64,000 nucleotides of DNA from a bacterium (lineage in GTDB: Bacteria; Patescibacteriota; Minisyncoccia; Moranbacterales; UBA1568). This document shows, one piece after another, positions 1 to 9,352 of the stretch (positions are counted from its first letter, which is position 1; each line of letters starts with the position of its first letter). The stretch lies in assembly GCA_021821305.1 (NCBI GenBank), contig JAKACP010000001.1, positions 404,349 through 468,348 on the forward strand, read 5' to 3'. The notes under the pieces were generated by a model. It was not told where the DNA came from. It saw nothing but the letters and a program-made list of their open reading frames with translations, and ran no database searches. The position numbers and the translations under genes were made by a program.

Positions 1-1
1 C

Positions 2-310
2 GCCCGATCCAAGGCGCGCTCCGCTTCCTTCCAGGCCAGCGTGAACAGCGTGATCCCGGCAGCGGTGCTGTGTGAGGATTCGGGTGTTGCCTTGAACGCG
101 TATGCCGCGGCCGGCCTCGTCTGCGCGGGAAGCACGTCCACATATCCGAACTTCGTGACCTCCGGAGCCTGTAACGCGGCACCTACGGTGACCGTAACAG
201 GTGGTACCGTCGGTGACGGTTTGTTTACAATAACGACCGGAGCTTGTGCGGGCGCTGATGCCGCGAAGGACACGGCCACTTGCGACCAGCAAGGATGCGT
301 CTTCAACTAG
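2..310 (+). CDS. Type IV pilin-like protein, C-terminal part (5' end cut by the window edge)
   Basis: Reading frame is open from the window edge and stops at 308-310. The translation ...ARSKARSASFQ...TGACAGADAAKDTATCDQQGCVFN parallels the C-terminal half of the complete pilin at 411-842. The two C-terminal Cys residues fit a pilin D-region. Confidence 0.6.
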   Translation, partial: ARSKARSASFQASVNSVIPAAVLCEDSGVALNAYAAAGLVCAGSTSTYPNFVTSGACNAAPTVTVTGGTVGDGLFTITTGACAGADAAKDTATCDQQGCVFN

Positions 311-340
311 CACATTCGTTCAGATTTCGACAGACACGAA

Positions 341-370
341 GCCCATCGACATGATGGGCTTTGTTTTTTC
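341..370 (+). terminator. Rho-independent terminator between the two tandem pilin genes
   Basis: Hairpin gcccatc-gaca-tgatgggc followed by tttgttttttc. Confidence 0.6.
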
Positions 371-410
371 GTTCTTTCTGTTAAAATGGAGGAAGAAAGG
401 AGGTGCAACT

Positions 411-842
411 ATGAAAAACACACAAAAAGCCTGCCTGCCGGCGAGGCAGGGATTTACCCTCATCGAGCTTCTCATCGTGATAGCAATCATTGGTATCCTC
501 GCGTCGATCGTCCTCGTGAGCCTGGGAAGTGCCCGATCCAAGGCGCGGTCGGCGTCCTTCCAGGCGACGACGCAGAGCCTCATAACCGGAGCCGGGTTGT
601 GCGACGACAGCGCGTTGACTCTTGATGCTTATGTCATCGGCAATCCGATGTGCACGGGAAGCACCGCCACATGGCCGCCGTTCGACCAGGCCTGCAGCGC
701 CGGTCCCGATATCATCGTGACGGACGCAACGGGAGGTGACGGTGATTATACCATCGAGCTCGGGAGCGTGACGCCATGCGGGGGAGCCGATGCTACGACC
801 GATCATGCTATCTGTACTCCGAACGGCTGTACTTTCGACTAG
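411..842 (+). CDS. Type IV major pilin-like protein (prepilin with class III signal peptide)
   Basis: RBS aaaggaggtg lies 7 nt before the ATG at 411. The N-terminus MKNTQKACLPARQG|FTLIELLIVIAIIGILASIV is a textbook prepilin cleavage and N-methylation motif (G-1, F+1, E+5). The C-terminus has a Cys pair. The ORF-track start at 246 is rejected because it lies upstream of the terminator. Confidence 0.85.
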   Translation: MKNTQKACLPARQGFTLIELLIVIAIIGILASIVLVSLGSARSKARSASFQATTQSLITGAGLCDDSALTLDAYVIGNPMCTGSTATWPPFDQACSAGPDIIVTDATGGDGDYTIELGSVTPCGGADATTDHAICTPNGCTFD

Positions 843-1009
843 TGAAATCCATGGTTTTTCCTGGGAAAAATTTCGGCAGAGCATGATTTTTTCAAAAGGG
901 AAGCGGATCAGGTGTCTTTTCCACAAAAATCAGGTCAATCGCCTGATTTTTGTGTTTCTGTCGGGATCATGCGCTTCGTGACACATGCGGTTCATGCTAG
1001 AATATCCTT

Positions 1010-1801
1010 ATGATTTTCGCGCTCTTCATTCTCGGGCTCCTCGTGGGGAGCTTTCTCAATGTCGTCTTGTTCCGGTTCGAGACCGGAGAGACGGTGGTTT
1101 CGGGACGGTCGCGATGCAACGCGTGCAAGGAGATGATCGCGTGGTATGACAATATCCCGCTTCTCTCGTTCATCTTGCTCCGTGGGAAATGCCGGAGGTG
1201 TGGCATGAGGATCTCCTGGCAGTATCCGGCGGTCGAACTCGCGACTGCCGGACTCTTCGCGCTCGCGGGGTCGACGTTCTACGTGGCCGGAAGCGTCGAT
1301 GCGGCGCTCGGTCTCGCGTTCGCGCTCGGCCTCATCGCGATACTCCTCGTCGTCTTCGTCTATGATCTCACCCACATGGAGATTCCCGTGTCCGCGCTCA
1401 TGGCGGGGATCCTGTGGACCGTGTTCTCGCTCCTTCTTCTCTGGTACTTCGCGGAGCCGAGAGAGGCGTTGTCCGATTCGCGGCTCGCGGAAGGACTGAT
1501 AGGGGGGGTCGTCGCATTCCTGTTTTTTTATGCGTTCGTCTTCTTTTCCCGTGAAACCTGGATGGGGATGGGGGACGCATGGCTCGCGTCCATACTGGGT
1601 CTGGTCGCCGGCTGGAAGCTACTCCTTCCCGCGCTCACGATAGCGTTCGGGTCAGGCGCGATCGTCGGTATCGCGCTTATGGCGTTCGGAAGCAAGGGGA
1701 TGCGAAGCCGCATACCGTTCGGGCCTTTTCTCGTCATATCCGTGCTTTTTATGCTGTTTTTTGGTAGAATGGTGAAAGATATCTGGCTCCTGCCATGGTG
1801 A
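1010..1801 (+). CDS. pilD: Prepilin peptidase (A24 family, PilD-like)
   Basis: Multi-TM protein with the N-terminal CNAC...CRRC zinc-binding tetracysteine motif typical of PilD (RCNACKEMIAWYDNIPLLSFILLRGKCRRCG). The MGMGDAWL and MGDV-like motifs for the two catalytic Asp residues are present. A -10 TAGAAT sits only about 10 nt upstream of the ATG. Confidence 0.9.
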   Translation: MIFALFILGLLVGSFLNVVLFRFETGETVVSGRSRCNACKEMIAWYDNIPLLSFILLRGKCRRCGMRISWQYPAVELATAGLFALAGSTFYVAGSVDAALGLAFALGLIAILLVVFVYDLTHMEIPVSALMAGILWTVFSLLLLWYFAEPREALSDSRLAEGLIGGVVAFLFFYAFVFFSRETWMGMGDAWLASILGLVAGWKLLLPALTIAFGSGAIVGIALMAFGSKGMRSRIPFGPFLVISVLFMLFFGRMVKDIWLLPW

Positions 1802-1871
1802 GCGTGACGTCGATAGGCATGGGGTGCGGCAGATGAAGCGAGACGGCCAAAAAAACAAGATGCATCCGAAC

Positions 1872-2414
1872 ATGAAAAAAACCAGACCCGGTTTCACGCT
1901 CGTCGAGCTCATCGTGACGACGGCGGCCCTCTCCATCATGGCGACCGTTACCATCATGTCCTTGAGCGGGAACAAGACCCGTCATGAAGTCCAAACGGCG
2001 GCACGACTGGTCACCTCCGCCGTCCGCGAGGCGCAGAATTATGCGCTGACGGGCAAGAACATAACGGCGAACCCGGCGAATCGTCCGTGCAAATTCCGAG
2101 TCCGGTCCGTCGGCGGCGGGACCGTGATATTCGTCGAACAGCTCAGCGCCGGGATGGTGTCGTGTCCGTCACCGGGCATCACGGCGGATTCGTGGTCCGG
2201 TGCCACGTACAATCTGACGAATGGCGTCACTTTTTTCGCCACGACCGAAGTCCGCTTCGATGTGCCGCGCGGAGAACCGGCGAATTCTTCGGGAACCGAG
2301 CTGTCCGGCGCCACGCTCGTCGATTTTGCCGTCTCGAAATCCGGGCTGAACGCACATGCTTGCGTCTATCCGCTCGGGAGGGTCGAGGAAAAGCCGGTAG
2401 GAGGAAGTTGTTAG
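1872..2414 (+). CDS. Minor pilin / pseudopilin (prepilin-type N-terminal cleavage/methylation domain protein)
   Basis: N-terminus MKKTRPG|FTLVELIVTTAALSIMATV. Upstream in-frame ATGs at 1824, 1833 and 1860 are possible alternative starts. The short 7-aa leader fits a prepilin. Confidence 0.75.
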   Translation: MKKTRPGFTLVELIVTTAALSIMATVTIMSLSGNKTRHEVQTAARLVTSAVREAQNYALTGKNITANPANRPCKFRVRSVGGGTVIFVEQLSAGMVSCPSPGITADSWSGATYNLTNGVTFFATTEVRFDVPRGEPANSSGTELSGATLVDFAVSKSGLNAHACVYPLGRVEEKPVGGSC

Positions 2415-2459
2415 CGGTCGATGGAGTCTTCCGCGCCGAGTTTCATCGGAAATAAACAT

Positions 2460-3035
2460 ATGGCGATCCGAAAACGGAAAACATTGAAGGGATTCTCGCT
2501 CGGGGAGGTGCTCCTCTCGATCGCCGTGTTGACCGCGGGCATACTTCCGATGCTCGGCGCTCTGGTGGGTGCGCTCAATACGTCGCTCGATAGCCAGGAG
2601 ATCGTGATCGCATCGGGTCTCGCTCAGGAAGGTGCCGAGCTCGTGTTGAACGTGCGGGACAACGGCGTACTCGCCGCGAGTGACGCCTTCGTCGCGTTTC
2701 AGCCCGGCAACCGGACGTGTCGGATAGATTACAACGATGCCGTGCTCTCAAACCCCGCGGTCAACGATATCGATTGCAGTTCGCCGGGAGCCGACGGCAC
2801 GTACTATGATCTCCTCGTCTTAAGCGGACTGTATGCGCACGACAGCAATGCCGGGACCTCGGCGAAATTCAAACGCAGGATCTTCATAAACTATACCGCC
2901 GGTCCGGGCAGGGCGGCGGTCGTCAGCGCGGTGTATTGGGGGTCGTATGTCCCGACAGCGGCGAATGTCAATACGGATTGCACTTCCTTGAACATGTGCG
3001 TCCGGACTTCGGTGACGCTTCTGCCATGGAAATAG
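2460..3035 (+). CDS. Minor pilin / pseudopilin (prepilin-type N-terminal domain)
   Basis: N-terminus MAIRKRKTLKG|FSLGEVLLSIAVLTAGIL has G-1 and E+5. The ORF-track start at 2421 is only 6 nt after the previous stop, so the internal ATG at 2460 gives a typical short leader. Confidence 0.7.
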   Translation: MAIRKRKTLKGFSLGEVLLSIAVLTAGILPMLGALVGALNTSLDSQEIVIASGLAQEGAELVLNVRDNGVLAASDAFVAFQPGNRTCRIDYNDAVLSNPAVNDIDCSSPGADGTYYDLLVLSGLYAHDSNAGTSAKFKRRIFINYTAGPGRAAVVSAVYWGSYVPTAANVNTDCTSLNMCVRTSVTLLPWK

Positions 3036-3043
3036 GAACACCT

Positions 3044-3667
3044 ATGAATATGTCGACAACAAACGTATCGACCGTACGATTCCGCTCGAAGGTGGCGAAG
3101 GGATTCACCCTGATCGAGATGATCATCGCCATCGGGGTGTTTTCCATCATGTCGGTCGCGATCGCGGGCACTTTCACGTCCGGGTTCTCCTCGTACAGCG
3201 ATACGCGCGAGCTTCAGCGTAATGTCGAGACCGCGCAGTATGCGCTCAATACGCTCGAGAAGCTTCTTCGTACCAGCACGGTGGTTTCCGCGGGCGGGGC
3301 CAATGTCCAGACGGTGACCTTTTATGACTACTCTTCCGCGAGATGTTTCCGATACGATATAATTTCCATCGGCTTCGACAGCAATCTTTTCGCGCGGTGG
3401 TTCGCGACGACGGATCCTTTCGGAGCCGATCCCTGCACGACGGGAAGCGCAAGTTTTTCGGCTTCCGCACAGGTTACGAGCGGATATGTCACCGGAGGCT
3501 TCACCGTGGTGCCTTCCGACAAAGATGGTGCCGTCATAGACGGGGATCCGAAGGCGATGGGGAGAGTGACGGTCAACCTGTCGGTGAAGGCGAACTCGAC
3601 CGCGGCCATCGCCTCCCGTATCCAGGCGACATCGTCGCTGCGTGACTATAGCAATGTCGGATTCTGA
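3044..3667 (+). CDS. Minor pilin / pseudopilin (prepilin-type N-terminal domain)
   Basis: RBS aggaa precedes the ATG at 3044. N-terminus MNMSTTNVSTVRFRSKVAKG|FTLIEMIIAIGVFSIM. The ORF-track start at 2936 overlaps the previous gene. Confidence 0.7.
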   Translation: MNMSTTNVSTVRFRSKVAKGFTLIEMIIAIGVFSIMSVAIAGTFTSGFSSYSDTRELQRNVETAQYALNTLEKLLRTSTVVSAGGANVQTVTFYDYSSARCFRYDIISIGFDSNLFARWFATTDPFGADPCTTGSASFSASAQVTSGYVTGGFTVVPSDKDGAVIDGDPKAMGRVTVNLSVKANSTAAIASRIQATSSLRDYSNVGF

Positions 3668-3696
3668 TGTTTTCTAATTGCGGATGTGCCCTCATA

Positions 3697-3722
3697 AAAT
3701 CCGCTTGTAATGCGGATTTTTT
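3697..3722 (+). terminator. Rho-independent terminator after the pilin operon
   Basis: Hairpin aaatccgc-ttgtaat-gcggattt followed by a T-run. Confidence 0.65.
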
Positions 3723-3735
3723 GGTGCTACGATGA

Positions 3736-5853
<2,118 letters not shown>

Positions 5854-5870
5854 CGTATTTTCTATCAAGT

Positions 5871-6158
5871 ATGCTCTCAGTCGAAGAAGTGAAACATATC
5901 GCCCTTTTGGCTCGTATCGGCCTTACCGATACGGAGGTCGAAAAATACCGGAAGGACCTTTCGGGCGTCTTGGATTTTTTCAAGGAACTGGAGTCGTTGG
6001 ACCTGTCCGGGGAATCGCTCGGCACCGCCGTCCCGCGAAAAACGAACGACTACCGCGAGGATCGCGCTGAGGATTTCGGCTCGGCCGGGAAACAGGCGAT
6101 CATGGAAAACGTTCCGGAAACCAAGGACGGGTACGTGAAGGTGAAGTCCGTGTTTTAA
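5871..6158 (+). CDS. gatC: Asp-tRNA(Asn)/Glu-tRNA(Gln) amidotransferase subunit C
   Basis: 95 aa. MLSVEEVKHIALLARIGLTDTEVEKYRKDLSGVLDFFKELESLDLSG is the classic GatC fold signature. It lies directly upstream of gatA. Confidence 0.9.
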   Translation: MLSVEEVKHIALLARIGLTDTEVEKYRKDLSGVLDFFKELESLDLSGESLGTAVPRKTNDYREDRAEDFGSAGKQAIMENVPETKDGYVKVKSVF

Positions 6159-6231
6159 AATGATCCTTAGCCGGTGGACGCTGACCCGCGCTTCCCGGTA
6201 ACCCCCTCCATTATTCATTGTCCGCGTCGAT

Positions 6232-7677
6232 ATGATCCGAGAATTGCATGAAAAACTGAAGAAAGGGGAAGTCACCGCCGTCGCGCTTACGGAGGAGTAT
6301 CTTCGTGTAATCGAGGAGAAGGATGGCGAGCTCGGGGCGTACCTCACGGTGCTCGGAGACGATGCTCGGCGTGCCGCCGCGCTCGTCGACGAGAAGATCG
6401 CCCGCGGCGAGGAGATCGATCTCCTTGAGGGTATTCCCGGCGCGATCAAGGACAACATGTGCATGACGGGCACGCGTACCACCGCCGCCTCTAAGATACT
6501 TGACAATTACATCGCGCCGTATGACGCGTCAGTGATCCGGAAACTCAAAGAGTCCGGCGCTGTCATTCTCGGCAAGACGAACATGGACGAGTTCGCCATG
6601 GGATCATCCACGGAATCGAGCGCGTATCGTCAGACCAAAAACCCGATCGATCCGACGCGCGTCCCGGGAGGGTCGTCCGGCGGATCGGCGGTCGCGGTCG
6701 CGGCCGGCGAGGCGGTATTCGCGCTCGGGAGCGATACCGGCGGATCGATACGACAACCCGCGTCGTTCTGCGGCGTGGTGGGACTCAAACCGACATACGG
6801 CCGCGTATCCCGTTCGGGGCTCCTCGCGATGGCGTCATCGCTCGATCAGATCGGTCCCTTCGCGCGTACGGTCGAGGACGCGGCCATCGTGTTCTCGCGT
6901 ATCTCCGGGTACGATCCGAAGGACGTGACGACCGCGGAGAGCGACGGGAAGCGGTTCGAGGACTGTCTGACAGGGGATATCCGCGGCCTGAAGATAGGTC
7001 TGCCGAAGGAGTATTTTTCCGAGAGTCTCGACCCGCGGGTGCGCGCGATCGCGCAAGAAGCGATCCGCAGATTCGAATCGCTCGGCGCGGAGACCGTCGA
7101 GATATCGCTCCCGCACGCCCGATACGCCTTGCCGACCTACTACATCATCATGCCATCGGAGGTGAGCTCGAATCTCGCCCGCTTCGACGGGATCCGGTAC
7201 GGATTGCACATCGACGATCGGGTGGAGCGGATTCCCGGGAGCGGGACATTGCTTGAGACCTATCTCGACAGCCGGGCCTACGGGTTCGGCGAGGAAGTGA
7301 AGCGGCGCATCATGCTCGGCACGTATGCCCTGTCCGCCGGTTATTACGATGCCTATTACAAGAAGGCGCAGGCGGTGCGCGAGCTCATCAGGAAGGATTT
7401 CGCGGACGCGTGGAAGTCGGTCGATGTCATCTTCTCGCCGACCGCTCCGGAGCCGGCTTTCAAGTTCGGCGCCAAGACGGACGATCCGCTCAAGATGTAC
7501 CTCTCAGACATCTACACCGTGATGGCCAATCTCGCGGGTGTTCCGGCGATATCGTTTCCCATGGGGACGGTCGAGGAGGAGGGGAAGCCGCTCCCGGTCG
7601 GCGGACAGCTCATGGGGAAATGGTTCGACGAGGAGACGATACTCCGCGCGGCCGATGCCTATGAGAGGCGCGCATGA
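6232..7677 (+). CDS. gatA: Glutamyl-tRNA(Gln)/aspartyl-tRNA(Asn) amidotransferase subunit A
   Basis: Amidase signature [36 protein letters not shown] with the catalytic Ser-cisSer-Lys triad context. Length 481 aa. No gatB follows within the window. Confidence 0.95.
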   Translation: MIRELHEKLKKGEVTAVALTEEYLRVIEEKDGELGAYLTVLGDDARRAAALVDEKIARGEEIDLLEGIPGAIKDNMCMTGTRTTAASKILDNYIAPYDASVIRKLKESGAVILGKTNMDEFAMGSSTESSAYRQTKNPIDPTRVPGGSSGGSAVAVAAGEAVFALGSDTGGSIRQPASFCGVVGLKPTYGRVSRSGLLAMASSLDQIGPFARTVEDAAIVFSRISGYDPKDVTTAESDGKRFEDCLTGDIRGLKIGLPKEYFSESLDPRVRAIAQEAIRRFESLGAETVEISLPHARYALPTYYIIMPSEVSSNLARFDGIRYGLHIDDRVERIPGSGTLLETYLDSRAYGFGEEVKRRIMLGTYALSAGYYDAYYKKAQAVRELIRKDFADAWKSVDVIFSPTAPEPAFKFGAKTDDPLKMYLSDIYTVMANLAGVPAISFPMGTVEEEGKPLPVGGQLMGKWFDEETILRAADAYERRA

Positions 7678-7792
7678 TTCCCGGAGCGGACGGCGCGTCC
7701 CTTCAGAAGCGTTGAAGGCGGTTGACAGCGAGCCTGGTATCTGACATAAAGGGATATGGGTTTTGTCCATGTCCGAGAAGGAGGGAAGCATC

Positions 7793-7948
7793 ATGCGTGT
7801 TCGTGAAAAACTGGTTTGTGTCCGTCAGCGTTTCCGTCGCCGGAAATTCCGTTTTACAGAATTTCGGGCCCGTGTCTTTTCGACGAAATTTTCAAGGAGC
7901 ATCATTCCGGAACTGTCGAAACTCGGGCTTCATGTGACGCATTCCTGA
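7793..7948 (+). CDS. Hypothetical small, very basic protein (51 aa)
   Basis: Strong SD gaaggaggg lies 8 nt before the ATG at 7793. Upstream is TTGACA (7721) with 17 nt then CATAAA. A hairpin plus T-run (7970-8000) follows the stop. Composition is lower-GC than the neighbours. Translation: MRVREKLVCVRQRFRRRKFRFTEFRARVFSTKFSRSIIPELSKLGLHVTHS. No recognisable family. Confidence 0.3.
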   Translation: MRVREKLVCVRQRFRRRKFRFTEFRARVFSTKFSRSIIPELSKLGLHVTHS

Positions 7949-8017
7949 ATGTCCGGGGATCGATTTTTTTCCGCAAGAACACTTGCGGATTTTTTGTTTT
8001 TAGAGGAAAGTGGAGGT

Positions 8018-8551
8018 ATGAACATCCCGGTCTGGAAACCGATATATCTTCTTTTCAAGCTTTTCGGCGCGTCCGTCGAGTGGGAGGTCTCCGTGGGCGC
8101 CGCGATATTCCGTGTCGAGAACGGACGACGGCTCTATCTCGTCCTTCGGTATCCGAGCGGACACTATGATTTTCCCAAGGGACATGTCGAGGCCGGTGAA
8201 AGCGAGGAGGACACACTTCGCCGGGAGACGGAGGAAGAGACCGGCATCAGGGAACTCTCCGTTTTTCCTGTCCGCGAAAGCATCCGATATTTCTATGTCG
8301 CCAAGGGCGGAGAACGGACACGGCGGAGACGTGAGGGGCGGGGAATCCGCGTTTTCAAACAGGTGCACTTCTATCCGGCCGAGACGACCGAGAGAACTGT
8401 CCGCATCTCGCACGAGCATACCGGATTCGAATGGCTCCCGTACGGGCAGGCGTATGACAAGCTCACGTTCGCCAACGCGAAGCGGGTGCTCGCGAGGGCG
8501 GAATCGTTCGCCGCGGGGCAGGAGGGAAAGAAAGCCTCTTCACGATTGTAG
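8018..8551 (+). CDS. NUDIX hydrolase
   Basis: RBS ggaggt precedes the ATG at 8018. Nudix box GHVEAGESEEDTLRRETEEETGI (Gx5Ex7REUxEExGU). The ORF-track start at 7949 is upstream of the terminator-like hairpin. Confidence 0.85.
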   Translation: MNIPVWKPIYLLFKLFGASVEWEVSVGAAIFRVENGRRLYLVLRYPSGHYDFPKGHVEAGESEEDTLRRETEEETGIRELSVFPVRESIRYFYVAKGGERTRRRREGRGIRVFKQVHFYPAETTERTVRISHEHTGFEWLPYGQAYDKLTFANAKRVLARAESFAAGQEGKKASSRL

Positions 8552-8574
8552 TAAGGGATGAGTAAGACAATCGT

Positions 8575-8808
8575 ATGACGAGGGAACGACCGAAATTGAG
8601 GGAGGATTCCGTCGAGACGCTGTTTCAGGAGGCGTCACGGCGCGCGCGTGCGGAGGGAATCGGTTCGTATGACGAATATCGCGATCTCGTGGAAGATCTG
8701 ATTCAGGAGAAGCTCAATGACGGCGTGTTCGATATCGGCGAGGATCTGCCGACCATGCAGAAGGATCTCGAGATGATGTGGCCGATACTCGAACCGAGAC
8801 TCCGCTAG
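8575..8808 (+). CDS. Hypothetical small acidic protein (77 aa)
   Basis: Clean ORF with genome-typical codon usage immediately downstream of the NUDIX gene. No motif recognised. Confidence 0.4.
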   Translation: MTRERPKLREDSVETLFQEASRRARAEGIGSYDEYRDLVEDLIQEKLNDGVFDIGEDLPTMQKDLEMMWPILEPRLR

Positions 8809-8898
8809 TTTCCAAATACTATGAACCCCAGCGGACCCCGTTTCGTCGGGACCGCGGGTCGGGTCGGGTGAATGAAAAGGCTCTTTCGGGGGAGAGAG

Positions 8899-9095
8899 CT
8901 TTTTCTTTCTCAATTTATCGGTGTTTGGCACCTCACCCTACCCGGTGTCTCCCGTTTCCGACCGCACCCTCACCGCCCGGTCTTTTCCTTCGAAAAACTT
9001 CCCTCACTCGACGGCATCCCGAGAATATTTTCCGGGAAAACAGGGGCTTGCTCAAACAATGTGCGGTTCCCGGCGAACGGAAGACATCGGGTCGG
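8899..9095 (+). repeat. Copy 1 of the 3-copy conserved intergenic element (core 8956-9073), degenerate copy
   Basis: Near-identical to 52193-52397 across a core of about 120 nt: ttccgaccgcaccctcaccgc...cctcactcgacggcatcccgagaatattttccgggaaaacaggggcttgctcaa...gtgcggttcccgg. It is flanked by the imperfect inverted repeat cccggtgtctcccg / cgggagacatcggg. Copies 1 and 2 share homology over about 55 nt beyond the core. A frameshift relative to the other copies argues against protein coding. Confidence 0.85.
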
Positions 9096-9352
9096 CGATA
9101 CGCGAGCGCTTCCCGGCCGGCATTTCCTTCTTCCGGCCGTTTGGCATCGGAAGCGTGCATGGTTCCGCCGGAGGCGGAGAGCGACGATGGCAAAGAATGA
9201 TTTTCCTCGCAGGGGAAAATCATGTGCCGGAAGAAGGAAATGCCGAGACGTAGAAGCGGCTAGGGAGCGCAGAGACTTGATTTTTTCCCGTATCCGTGTC
9301 ATATTTCTTTCTCCTTTCCGCTCACCACCGACTACCTGCTACGTACTGAAAT

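Noticed and set aside
246-842. 198-aa ORF-track version of the second pilin starting at 246
   Set aside because: The N-terminal 55 aa would be translated across the previous gene's stop region and the terminator at 341-370. The internal ATG at 411 has a strong RBS and yields a canonical short prepilin leader.
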